Of a stretch of DNA of 64,000 nucleotides, positions 20,769 to 29,857 are shown one piece after another. Made by a program: the position numbers and the translations under genes. The stretch's first letter is position 1. Every line of letters starts with the position of its first letter. The notes under the pieces are model-generated. The model worked only from the letters and a program-made list of their open reading frames with translations, was not told the DNA's origin and did not search any database. Origin of the DNA: a virus (taxonomy: Duplodnaviria; Heunggongvirae; Uroviricota; Caudoviricetes); the IMG/VR virus record IMGVR_UViG_3300031087_000527, positions 1-64,000 of that record; one strand, written 5' to 3'.

Positions 20769-20960
20769 GACAATATAAAAGATTATACTGTTAATGATAT
20801 TGAGTTTATTCCTCTTATTGGGAATAATCTGAATGAAACCTTCCTTCTGAGTGTTGCTGATTTTGAAGAGTTTAAAAAAGAAGATAATACTTTTATTGTA
20901 TATTCCAAGCTATCTGATAAATGGCTTAAAGACACTCTGGCAGATCTGAAAGGCTATTAA
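20769..20960 (+). pseudogene. 3' remnant of a paralog of 42332-42916
   Basis: Start-less frame ...IEFIPLIG...VYSKLSDKWLKDTLADLKGY* vs ...YEFVSLTG...IYKRLPDSWFKDTLRTLKAL. Confidence 0.6.
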
Positions 20961-21017
20961 GAAAAGACAAGGAAAAGAGGCTCAGGCCTCTTTTTTTTTA
21001 ATGTGGTAAGAAAAAGC

Positions 21018-21090
21018 TTGCCATTGTTGTCATTAAAGTCTATACTGTTTTTATTGAAACGGGCGGTTAAACTTTAAAGAGAAACCAAAA
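21018..21090 (+). promoter_or_regulatory. promoter/leader cassette duplicated at 21792-21863
   Basis: TTGCCA-17-TATACT-gtttttattgaaacgggc.gttaaac...aaagagaaa.caaa-ATG. Confidence 0.85.
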
Positions 21091-21375
21091 ATGAAAACAT
21101 TAAGAATTTCGCACGTAACTAATAAAAATTTTAGCTTTCGTAATAAATATTACGTTGTAGAGGAAAAGAAGGTTTTCCTTGGGATTTTTAGTTTTTGGAA
21201 AGAATGTAAGCATCTTTTCGGGAGTTTGTATATTGAAGAGGATCGTGGTTATATTCCATATACTTTTGATAGTGTAGAAAAGGCAAAAGCTTTTATTAAA
21301 GAAAAGTATAAAGATTTTTCTTTGTGTGAAAAAGTTGTATATCGTGTTATTCCAGATGGATTTGATGAGCGTTAA
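21091..21375 (+). CDS. hypothetical protein, paralog of 7009-7278
   Basis: FLGIFSFWK motif. Confidence 0.75.
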   Translation: MKTLRISHVTNKNFSFRNKYYVVEEKKVFLGIFSFWKECKHLFGSLYIEEDRGYIPYTFDSVEKAKAFIKEKYKDFSLCEKVVYRVIPDGFDER

Positions 21376-21448
21376 AATAACGGCTCAATTTTAAGCGAAT
21401 ATATTGCAAATTGTGATATAATATATACCAAATCAGAAGGGAAACATC

Positions 21449-21736
21449 ATGAATAAAGCGCCTGTAAAATATGATCTGACTTTGAGTGAACTGATTGAAA
21501 AGTTCAATGTAAACAAGAAAACCAAAGACCTGAAAGAGTTTTATTTTCAGGGGGAAAATTATAAGTCGCTTTGCGCGGGCTATATCAATAGCGATGGTTT
21601 TCTTGAGCTGCGCACTTTTACTGAAAAAGAAGGCGTAATGTCAGAAGTGATTTGGCACAGAGTAGCGCTCAGTCTGACGACTCGAAGCTTTGCTCAGAAA
21701 TACCGAATCATTGAAAGTCTGAATGAGCTTGTTTGA
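21449..21736 (+). CDS. hypothetical protein
   Basis: RBS AAGGG. Confidence 0.7.
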   Translation: MNKAPVKYDLTLSELIEKFNVNKKTKDLKEFYFQGENYKSLCAGYINSDGFLELRTFTEKEGVMSEVIWHRVALSLTTRSFAQKYRIIESLNELV

Positions 21737-21863
21737 TAAGAGATAAAAGCCGCCTCCGGGCGGTTTTGTGTTTAATAGCGTAAGAAAAAGCTTGTTTTTA
21801 TTGTCATTAAAGCCTATACTGTTTTTATTGAAACGGGCAGTTAAACCTGAAAGAGAAATCAAA

Positions 21864-22499
21864 ATGCTGAATGAAAAAATCGCTGGTCTGCTGAAATCAC
21901 GTGAAGAAGCTGATGTGAAATGTGATGAGGCTCGAAAAGTTCTTGCTTCTGCGGGTAAGGTTCGTTCGGGTATTCAGACGAAGATTGCGAAGGCATTTGC
22001 TGAGGGTTTCACTGGCAGCGATGAAGAGATTCTGTTCATGCTGGATTGGGAAAACTCAAGCGATGAGATGTATGCGTTTCGCTCTAAGTTTCTGATTGAA
22101 AGAAAACTTGGAGAAGCGGGTTATAACACATCCTCTCGTCAGTATGGCGTTGGTGTAAATCTGTATAATGATGAAGCGGATCTGCGCGTAGCGGCTGAGG
22201 CATTAAAGGATTTATTCCGCGTAATCAAGCCTGTTAAGTGTGATGGATGGGCTGGCAAAGGAACGGAATACGTTAAGGTTGAACTGAATGTCTCATCGGT
22301 TGTAGAATATGAGAAGTTCAGTGATAACGTTTATCTGGTCAAAGAAGGCGATCTGTACCAAGCTACCACTATCGAGCGCCGTCATAATAATGTGATTGTA
22401 GGGTGGTCAGAAGATATCGCTGAGGTGATGATCAAGGCGAAAGAATATCTGGAATCACATTATGGTTATCGTGAAGATGATGAGTGTGATGAAGACTAA
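21864..22499 (+). CDS. hypothetical protein
   Basis: ORF after promoter cassette. Confidence 0.8.
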   Translation: MLNEKIAGLLKSREEADVKCDEARKVLASAGKVRSGIQTKIAKAFAEGFTGSDEEILFMLDWENSSDEMYAFRSKFLIERKLGEAGYNTSSRQYGVGVNLYNDEADLRVAAEALKDLFRVIKPVKCDGWAGKGTEYVKVELNVSSVVEYEKFSDNVYLVKEGDLYQATTIERRHNNVIVGWSEDIAEVMIKAKEYLESHYGYREDDECDED

Positions 22500-22626
22500 A
22501 TGAAAGGCCGCCTACGGGCGGTTTTTTTGTTTAGCTCATAAGAAAAAGCTTGTGCATAACTCTTTGTTGTCATATAATGTGTTTATTGAAAGCGAGTAGA
22601 AAATCCATCCGCTATGAGGCATCACA

Positions 22627-23016
22627 ATGACGAATATTAATACTACTAAGCGTGTATCTTTTTCGATTAATAGCGTAGCGATTTTATTAGTATCTATAGC
22701 GATTAGCGCGGTTGTGCATTTCAGTGGCTCTCTCTCTCTTTATCCTGTCATGTATCTGGCTGTAGGATATAGCACTGCGGTAACAGCATGGGGTATTTTT
22801 TGCTATACTCTTTTCCTTAAGGAAGGTTGTTCTAATCCACAGACATTTTCTTTCAGCACGTCAGAAGTTTTACTTGGTATGCTTAAGCTGCCATTGCTTC
22901 TGATTATTCAAGGTCTGATGTCAAAATACTGGTTTGATATACCGCTTCACGCTGAGATGCTGTGGGTATATGCGGCTATGATTATGGCTTATAAAATTCA
23001 CTTCTGGAAAGTGTGA
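22627..23016 (+). CDS. membrane protein, tandem paralog of 23193-23579
   Basis: 4 TM; TFSFSTSEVLLGMLKLPL identical. Confidence 0.8.
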   Translation: MTNINTTKRVSFSINSVAILLVSIAISAVVHFSGSLSLYPVMYLAVGYSTAVTAWGIFCYTLFLKEGCSNPQTFSFSTSEVLLGMLKLPLLLIIQGLMSKYWFDIPLHAEMLWVYAAMIMAYKIHFWKV

Positions 23017-23192
23017 GGATTAACTGTTTAAAGCTGATAGAGAGCCGCCTCCGGGCGGTATTTCTTTTTAAGAGAGGCTTATCATTAAAGTTTCTTTTAA
23101 GATGAAAAGTAATGCTTGTGCATGATTTATTGTTGTCGTATACTGTATTTATCGAAAGTAAGTAGCCAATCCATCCACGATGAGTCATTAAA

Positions 23193-23579
23193 ATGACAAG
23201 TATTAATAATAGCATTACGCGTATATCTTTTGGGATTAACAGCGAATTTGTTTTACTGGTGACTATAGTGATTAGCGTCTTTGCTCATTATGTTGATGTT
23301 TTTCTGCCTTTTATGGTGATTTCAGCATCATTAAGTGTTTGTTTAGCAATATGTGGAATTGTTTGTTATGCGATTTTTCTGAACAAAAGTTTTTCTGCTC
23401 CACGGACATTTTCTTTTAGCACATCAGAGGTTTTGCTTGGTATGCTTAAGCTGCCATTAGTTCTGATGATTCAGGGGCTGATGTCGAAATACTGGTTTAA
23501 TATGTCAGCTTGCTCTGCAATTTTGTGGCTTTATGCGCTTATGCTCGTTGCTTACAAGATTCGCTTTTGGAAGGTGTAA
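23193..23579 (+). CDS. membrane protein, tandem paralog of 22627-23016
   Basis: As above. Confidence 0.8.
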   Translation: MTSINNSITRISFGINSEFVLLVTIVISVFAHYVDVFLPFMVISASLSVCLAICGIVCYAIFLNKSFSAPRTFSFSTSEVLLGMLKLPLVLMIQGLMSKYWFNMSACSAILWLYALMLVAYKIRFWKV

Positions 23580-23630
23580 AAAAGCTCCATTATTATCAAA
23601 AATCAGGTTTGCTTATAAAAGAGGTGTAGG

Positions 23631-23930
23631 ATGAGTAAAAATGTTCAGATAATTGATAATTTTATAGAGTATCTGCGTAGTATGATTTGGCGTAAAGAAA
23701 ATCAGGAAAGCCAGCATAAAATCGTAGATGATATTCAGTCCGAGTTAGTTTCATTAGATGCTGCTGAGGAACTGGATTTTGATTATGAAGAGTACCGCTC
23801 AGGCGCGAGTTATCGTTCTTTAGTTATCAATAAGCATGGTGAAAAGGTGGCTGAATATTTTGCCAGCGCGGATGACGGTATGGTGAGTGTCAACATTAAA
23901 GGCGTTTATACAGAAAATAACTTCAGCTAA
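23631..23930 (+). CDS. hypothetical protein, paralog of 5674-5961
   Basis: EYFASADDG. Confidence 0.75.
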   Translation: MSKNVQIIDNFIEYLRSMIWRKENQESQHKIVDDIQSELVSLDAAEELDFDYEEYRSGASYRSLVINKHGEKVAEYFASADDGMVSVNIKGVYTENNFS

Positions 23931-24035
23931 TATTGGTAAATACATTCTGATCAGATTAAAAAGCCGCCTACGGGCGGTTTTTTATTGTTTGGCATAAGGT
24001 GAAATGTTATACTGTGTTTTTAATCGGAGAGAGAT

Positions 24036-24746
24036 ATGGCAAGCGAAAAATCGACTAATGTAGCAAACGCAAAGCTTTATTTGGAACGTATTGGTGCGAA
24101 GATGATTGGTTCTGATAATACTCTCAGGAAGGTTATCAATCCTGTAAGCTCAAGAATTTTTATCCTATTCAATGAGAATTTTATCTTTGAAGGCTATCAA
24201 TATAATTTCGAGCACAATGAAGAAGATTTGCTGATCGATACCTATAGTGCGCTCATGTATCATGACAAACATGAATATGAGGACGCTTATATGGAAGAAT
24301 ACATGAAGAGCCGCTCAGAAGATGAGAGAATACGTTATTACTATGCGAAAACGAAAGCTAATAGCGTGGATGAGTTTATCGAGCTTCTTATCGCTGCAGT
24401 GAAGAGCTTAAATAGAGCAGTAGTCTTTACTGAGGATGAGGATTTTTTACTCAGCGATGATGAGCTTGATGTGGAGTGTTATTCGGAAAAGAAAAAGATT
24501 AAAACTCGGAAAAATAATACCGTTACGATAAAGATTGACAGGTCTTGCGACATGGAGCGTGTCGAGGTTAATGGTGTAGAGATAATGGAAGGAAACTCAC
24601 ATGATTTCCATCCGGGCTGTCATGGTATGGCTTTGCCGAGTTTTAATAGCTCATCCGAGCTGGCAAGACTTTTTGATGGTATGTTTAAGTCAAACGGTAA
24701 AGAATCGGAAATCGTAGTTGACCGCAACTGGAAGTATGACGGCTGA
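24036..24746 (+). CDS. hypothetical protein
   Basis: 236-aa ORF with RBS. Confidence 0.75.
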   Translation: MASEKSTNVANAKLYLERIGAKMIGSDNTLRKVINPVSSRIFILFNENFIFEGYQYNFEHNEEDLLIDTYSALMYHDKHEYEDAYMEEYMKSRSEDERIRYYYAKTKANSVDEFIELLIAAVKSLNRAVVFTEDEDFLLSDDELDVECYSEKKKIKTRKNNTVTIKIDRSCDMERVEVNGVEIMEGNSHDFHPGCHGMALPSFNSSSELARLFDGMFKSNGKESEIVVDRNWKYDG

Positions 24747-24892
24747 TAAAATGCGAAAGCCTCCGAGAGGCTTGATTAAAAAAAGTGTGTAAAAGTGAAA
24801 ATAATACTTGTACAAGACTAAGTGTTGTCATATACTGTATTCATTGAGAGGCGATAAGCCTGAATACAAACTGAAAATCTAAAGGTAATAAA

Positions 24893-25033
24893 ATGCACAA
24901 TTCATCTGCTAATCACGTTGAGAAGTTTGGTAAATCTAAGAAAGCAGGTCGTGAGCAGCTTTCTGGAAAGCGTGATAACAAGAAGCACAATAAGATCGTT
25001 CGCGGTCGCCGTGAAGAAGTGGAATACGCATAA
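24893..25033 (+). CDS. 46-aa basic peptide (not in ORF track), duplicated at 27470-27610
   Basis: MHNSSANHVEKFGKSKKAGREQLSGKRDNKKHNKIVRGRREEVEYA; RBS AAGGT; synonymous changes between copies. Confidence 0.8.
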   Translation: MHNSSANHVEKFGKSKKAGREQLSGKRDNKKHNKIVRGRREEVEYA

Positions 25034-25082
25034 TGCGAAGAGGCTGCCGAGAGGTGGCCTTGTTTTCTTGATAGAGGTGAAT

Positions 25083-25298
25083 ATGACACAAACGCTGGCG
25101 CAACAAAAGTTTAAAGAGTATCAGGATCTGCCGGAGCGCACTGGCACACTGCTGAAAATGGTTGATGGTCATGAAGTGGAGTTTGTGAGCCATTTTGACG
25201 AAATGAGATTCTCTGGCGTGAAAGACGATTCTCGCTATGATAATCATGAGTATCATTTCAAATACGAAGATATTGACCATGTAATTATGTATGGTTAA
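25083..25298 (+). CDS. hypothetical protein
   Basis: RBS GAGGTG. Confidence 0.75.
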   Translation: MTQTLAQQKFKEYQDLPERTGTLLKMVDGHEVEFVSHFDEMRFSGVKDDSRYDNHEYHFKYEDIDHVIMYG

Positions 25299-25420
25299 AT
25301 TACAGATAGCCGCCTTCGGGCGGTTTTTGTTTTAAGAGAGCCTTGTCATTAAGAAATTGTGTCTTGTTTTGCTTTTATTGTTGTCATATAATAATCTGAT
25401 TAAACGAGACGAGGTGCGTC

Positions 25421-25483
25421 ATGACTGAGTATGAGAAGACGATACGGAAGCTTTTAGCTGAAAATTCATTGCTGAAGCTGTTT
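25421..25483 (+). pseudogene. 5' part of Ead/Eae-like gene interrupted by IS607-type element
   Basis: RBS GAGGTG; MTEYEKTIRKLLAENSLLKLF joins in frame to 27088 onward. Confidence 0.7.
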
Positions 25484-27084
25484 GAAATTATAGCAACGAA
25501 CGCAACATGTTAAACATATTTGATTTTTCTTCTTTTTTATTATAATATTCTTTTATAAATTACGGGGATATTATGACGCAGACTTGTTTTATTAAACACG
25601 ATTATGACAGAACGGTTCAGCCCTTCTGGAATGATCAGTGTCATAAAATGTCTCAAAACCTTTTTCTGCCCTACACCGAAAATAACATTTCTAATTTTAA
25701 CACTCATTACCTCTCTTCTTTGATCCGTAAACTTACTCCCGTTCATTCTTATCACTTTCCTTTATCCTTTAAATCCTGTGTTATTTCTACGCCTGACATC
25801 ATCGTTAAAGCCGTAAAGAAAGTGCGTTTTTATTTTACCTCGTCTGAGCAAAAACGTAAGTATGAGCAAATGATGATGGTGGCTCGCAGAGCCTACAATC
25901 TTGCGGTTGATATGTGTAACAACAGAGAATATATTGATGAAAATGGTAAGCCTGTTGATATCAGAATTCCTATCAGAGATAAAGTAAGGAAAGAAAGTGC
26001 TGAGAATAATCATGTTTTTGATACCAATGTTTGCGATCAGGCTGTCAGGATAGCCAAGTCTGAGTTTATTACTCTGTGTAAAAATAACAAAAAGAAGAAG
26101 AAAAATACAACATCATTCACAGCTTTCTCACGACTAGGCTTTAAAAGCCGGAAAGACAAAAAACAGACCTTTGCTCATCCCCGGATGGGAAAAGAGGGTT
26201 CGGTCTGTATAAAATCGTTGGGAAGCATCAGGCTGACGGAAAAGCTGCCTGATGAATGTTATGGTAAGAATGTTGATGTAACAATGGATCATGGCAGATG
26301 GTTTATCTGCGTCCAGGAAAATATAGAGATAAAACGAAACCGTTTAGATTGTTCCGAAAGCCAAGGTCCAGATAAAAAGGTTTCTGAAAAAGAAGTAAAA
26401 GTTATAGCTCTTGATCCGGGGAGCAGAACGTTTCTAACCGGATTCAGCGAGAAAGAAGTTATCGTGTATGGTAAAGATTATTCTATAAAATGCTTACTAC
26501 CATTGGCGAAGAAGATGCGTAAGCTGTATTCTTTGCGTGAGAAGTTAAAGAAGCATGAGCTATACAAAAAGGAAATCTCGGATAATCCGCAGTGGATAAA
26601 CGATACGTTGAGACATATAGAAAACAGCCTGAACAGGCTGTCCTGCAGGCGTCAGGATCTTGTTAATCATCTGCATAGGACCGTGGCTCATAATATAATG
26701 ATGAGCTACGATGTGATTTATCTTCCTGATTTCGAAACTAAATCGATGGTGAAGACTAAGGGAAGAAAAATAGGCCGTAAGGCGGTTCATAACATGCTTT
26801 CCCTGAGTCATTATATTTTTAAGGAATTTCTGCTGTGGACAGCGAAGAAATACGGTAAGGAAGTCATTATCGTTAACGAGAGTTATACAAGTAAAACTCA
26901 AAGCTGGAACGGAGTAGTAAATGAAAAGCTGGGTTCATCGAGGGTGATGAAAGACGGTAAAAGAATAATAGACAGAGATATCAATGGTGCAAGGAATATT
27001 TATCTTAAGCACATATCTCAGTTAGCTAACATTTAGGTGCTTCGCCTTAGCCGGAACTGCGAATGCTGTTGCGTTCGTTGCGGG
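25481..27084 (+). mobile_element. non-autonomous IS607-family element (tnpB only)
   Basis: 15-bp inverted repeat GCAACGAACGCAACA (25493-25507) / TGTTGCGTTCGTTGC (27067-27081); 9-bp periodic AAC at left end; right end finishes in GG; GTTT at both junctions. Confidence 0.75.
25573..27036 (+). CDS. tnpB: TnpB RNA-guided endonuclease, IS607/Fanzor2-like
   Basis: RuvC-I ALDPGSRTF, rearranged RuvC-II YLPDFE...VNESYTSK, RuvC-III DRDINGARNI; N-terminal PFWN..C..S..LFLP. Confidence 0.9.
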   Translation: MTQTCFIKHDYDRTVQPFWNDQCHKMSQNLFLPYTENNISNFNTHYLSSLIRKLTPVHSYHFPLSFKSCVISTPDIIVKAVKKVRFYFTSSEQKRKYEQMMMVARRAYNLAVDMCNNREYIDENGKPVDIRIPIRDKVRKESAENNHVFDTNVCDQAVRIAKSEFITLCKNNKKKKKNTTSFTAFSRLGFKSRKDKKQTFAHPRMGKEGSVCIKSLGSIRLTEKLPDECYGKNVDVTMDHGRWFICVQENIEIKRNRLDCSESQGPDKKVSEKEVKVIALDPGSRTFLTGFSEKEVIVYGKDYSIKCLLPLAKKMRKLYSLREKLKKHELYKKEISDNPQWINDTLRHIENSLNRLSCRRQDLVNHLHRTVAHNIMMSYDVIYLPDFETKSMVKTKGRKIGRKAVHNMLSLSHYIFKEFLLWTAKKYGKEVIIVNESYTSKTQSWNGVVNEKLGSSRVMKDGKRIIDRDINGARNIYLKHISQLANI

Positions 27085-27357
27085 TTTAATGAAGAGTCTG
27101 TATTGGATTGGGCGAAAGCGGTGGATGAGGCTGCTTTTAATCAACATGGTGAGATATTCACTGACAGCGTTGAGAGTGCTCAAGAAGAGCTGGCTACGTT
27201 GACGCCTGAGACTGATAAGTTGCTTGAGGATGTGCGCAAAGAAGGCGTTAGACGCTATGCTGAGCATTTAAAAGAGTCGGGTCAGCATCATGGGATGGCT
27301 GCTCAGGTGTGGGACTATCTGAATCGGCGAGTTAAAGTTGGAAAGCTGAAACGGTAA
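27085..27357 (+). pseudogene. 3' part of Ead/Eae-like gene (ORF open from GTG 27037 inside element end)
   Basis: TPETDKLLEDVRKEGV resembles lambdoid TPATDAFLAEVRAQGV. Confidence 0.65.
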
Positions 27358-27469
27358 TTATTTTCTGGAAATGAAAATAATGCTTGCGCAAGATTTATTG
27401 TTGTCATATACTGTATTCATTGAGAGGCGAGAAGCCTAAATACAAACTGTAACTTAAAAGGTAATAAAA

Positions 27470-27610
27470 ATGCATAACTCTTCTGCTAACCACGTTGAGA
27501 AGTTTGGTAAGTCTAAGAAAGCGGGTCGTGAGCAGCTTGCTGGAAAGCGTGATAGTAAAAAGAAAAACAAAACTGTTCGTGGTCGCCGTGAAGAGGTTGA
27601 ATACGAATAA
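27470..27610 (+). CDS. 46-aa basic peptide, duplicate of 24893-25033
   Basis: MHNSSANHVEKFGKSKKAGREQLAGKRDSKKKNKTVRGRREEVEYE. Confidence 0.8.
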   Translation: MHNSSANHVEKFGKSKKAGREQLAGKRDSKKKNKTVRGRREEVEYE

Positions 27611-27650
27611 GTAAAGATGGAAGAGCCACCTGCGGGTGGCTTTTTTGTTA

Positions 27651-27899
27651 TCAGATATTGGCGTAGAAGCAATCCAAAAGATGACGAGGGATAGTGAAGC
27701 GCTTATCGACAATGGTGCCGTGGTCATCAGTGAAGCCTGTGACTAGGAATACATCACCAACTTTGACGTTTTTGGGGATGGTTTCGCCCATAGCAGAGAT
27801 GAAATCTTCATTAACAAGTTTGAGCTTGTCGTAGTTAACACGAAGATCGGTCCAGGTGAAACAATAGTGAAAATTTTCAGACTTATTGATATTATGCAT
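27651..27899 (-). CDS. hypothetical protein
   Basis: RBS AAGGA on minus strand; convergent with terminator. Confidence 0.6.
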   Translation of the reverse strand: MHNINKSENFHYCFTWTDLRVNYDKLKLVNEDFISAMGETIPKNVKVGDVFLVTGFTDDHGTIVDKRFTIPRHLLDCFYANI

Positions 27900-28041
27900 A
27901 TCCTTTCCTTATTTAAAATGTGATATGTGTAGAATATATGACCAAAAGAAAAAATGCAATTCGATGATAAAAGGCGACTAAAAGCATTGCAATTGTTGTC
28001 ATCAATAGCTATACTGTTTTTCTACCCCAAAGGAGCATATT

Positions 28042-28347
28042 ATGTCTAAAATTTTTCTGGTAAAATCTTTTGTCGAAGTTAACGATCATACTTTGGAAGA
28101 TATGCGTGTTGTAAGAGGCTTAACGCTATTTGACATTGAGACTTCTATCAAAGAAGGTCTTGATGAGCTTTTTGACGATTCGGGCGAGTATGAGTTTATT
28201 GACTCTTTCTATACTCAGAAAGATGATGTGAGTCTCGGCAACTTCCATATTCAGGAAATCGGAGAAGTTGAGGCGGTTGCTCTGGAGAAGTTCATTGGCA
28301 CTAAATCTTTTGGTTATGGTCTGCTGTCACATATTGACATTAAGTAA
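28042..28347 (+). CDS. acidic hypothetical protein
   Basis: RBS AGGAG. Confidence 0.75.
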   Translation: MSKIFLVKSFVEVNDHTLEDMRVVRGLTLFDIETSIKEGLDELFDDSGEYEFIDSFYTQKDDVSLGNFHIQEIGEVEAVALEKFIGTKSFGYGLLSHIDIK

Positions 28348-28413
28348 ATAAAATAACCTTAAAGGCCACCTCCGGGTGGCTTTTTTATTTTCTGGTAAAA
28401 ATGAAAAAAGTGC

Positions 28414-28460
28414 TTGCCTCTGTTGTCATTAATGCGTATACTTCTTTTATCGAAACGAAA
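28414..28460 (+). promoter_or_regulatory. sigma70 promoter with TTGTCAT box
   Basis: TTGCCT-17-TATACT-tcttttatcgaaacgaaac, nearly identical to 1206 promoter. Confidence 0.85.
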
Positions 28461-28493
28461 CTGATTGTTAACTCACTTTAGAGAGAAAATAAA

Positions 28494-29345
28494 ATGCTGA
28501 ATACTAACGGAAACCGTAAACCTAAAACTTCTATGGTCAAGACAGGCGTAGAGTCTAAAGTTGTTTGGGCTATGCGTTCTTTTCTGGCGAAAGGCACATC
28601 TGCTGACGTAGAAAAGCCTGCTTTTGAGAAAGAGACTGGCCTGACTAAAGTCGAGGCGCTGGCTATTCTGGCTGAAAAGCAGAGCAAAAATGCAGAAGTT
28701 TTCTCTCTGGTATGTGGTAAGAAAGAGTGCTCTGTGTCTATCTATATTGTAGAAAAGGCTGCCATTCGCAATCTGGTGCGTCATAGCGGTAATATCTCAG
28801 ATGATGTTGAGCTGAAGCCTGATTACTACTTTAAAGATGAAGTAGTTGAAAACAAGAAAGCGAAAATGTATGTGCTGAATAAAAAGGTTATTGTGATTCA
28901 GCACCGTGATGAAATTGCACTGTTTGAGCGTGCGAACCGTGATGCTGTATTTGTTGCTGAAGTCGATGTTAAAGGCTCAACTAAAAATGCGGTAACGGTA
29001 AAAATCGAAGCCGATTACCGTTCAAGCGCGGCTCACGCTGCTAAGCTGAATGCTGCGATTGAGGCTGACTTTATCCGTCTGAAAGCCTCTTCGGGATCAG
29101 ATAAAGGTTCTGTAGATGTGAAAGTTTACAGTGTCATCAAAAACAAAGAGAAGTATACGACTCATCCTTTTGCGGTGGTGGAAAACATTGCTGAGCTGAA
29201 AGATGGTCTGTATAAGGCGAAAGTAGATGGCATTGAAAAAGTGCTGGCAGTATCAACAGAGGCTTTCACAGGCAAGAAAACCTTCCTGCTCTTTAGTAAA
29301 GGTGATGCACCAATCGCTGATAAAGAAGTTGCTAAAGCAGCATAA
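28494..29345 (+). CDS. hypothetical protein (basic, ends AKAA)
   Basis: 283-aa ORF in own module. Confidence 0.85.
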   Translation: MLNTNGNRKPKTSMVKTGVESKVVWAMRSFLAKGTSADVEKPAFEKETGLTKVEALAILAEKQSKNAEVFSLVCGKKECSVSIYIVEKAAIRNLVRHSGNISDDVELKPDYYFKDEVVENKKAKMYVLNKKVIVIQHRDEIALFERANRDAVFVAEVDVKGSTKNAVTVKIEADYRSSAAHAAKLNAAIEADFIRLKASSGSDKGSVDVKVYSVIKNKEKYTTHPFAVVENIAELKDGLYKAKVDGIEKVLAVSTEAFTGKKTFLLFSKGDAPIADKEVAKAA

Positions 29346-29494
29346 ATCTTAAAGCCGCCTCCGGGCGGTTTTTTTCTTTTTAAGAGAAGCATTACAGTAA
29401 AATAGCATTAAAAAGCTTGCACTTATTGTCATTAAATCGTATACTATTTTTATCGAAACGAGAGACTCTTCTCTCTCTGTAAAAGGAAAGTAAA

Positions 29495-29722
29495 ATGACT
29501 ACTTTATTCGAAATATTTGCTGCGACACTGAACTTCCTTTTCACTAATCTTGGCGGCTTTTTAGGTTTAGTTGTTTTTGGTGTTGCATTGCTGGTGTTTT
29601 CAGGCTGTGTGTTTTTCGTAGCAGAGAAGGCTGATAAATATATGTATATTCACGGTCATAAGTTCAAACCTTACATGCGTAAAAAGTTGGGCATGAAAAG
29701 AAAAGTATTGAACCTTGGCTAA
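29495..29722 (+). CDS. membrane protein, paralog of 29858-30118
   Basis: TM helix, GG(F/I) motif, KY(M/L)Y. Confidence 0.7.
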   Translation: MTTLFEIFAATLNFLFTNLGGFLGLVVFGVALLVFSGCVFFVAEKADKYMYIHGHKFKPYMRKKLGMKRKVLNLG

Positions 29723-29857
29723 CAAGCAAAGCAGCCGCCTCCGGGCGGTTTTTCCTTTTAAGAGAGGCATTCCAGTAAAATAGCATTAAAAAGCTTGCAT
29801 GTGTTGTCATTAGGTCATATACTGTCTTTATCGAAGCGAAATACTGAGGAGTTAAAA

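Noticed and set aside
18832-21863. Long N-terminal extensions in the ORF track (18832, 19286, 21768, also 24918, 43848, 61425)
   Set aside because: They run through promoters or terminators; downstream ATGs have clear RBSs
25481-25572. IStron (group I intron fused to the TnpB element)
   Set aside because: Only ~90 nt lie between the left junction and tnpB, too short for a group I catalytic core
27037-27084. Cys-rich N-terminus (NCECCCVRC) as a metal-binding domain
   Set aside because: It is the translation of the element's right-end inverted repeat, not a conserved domain
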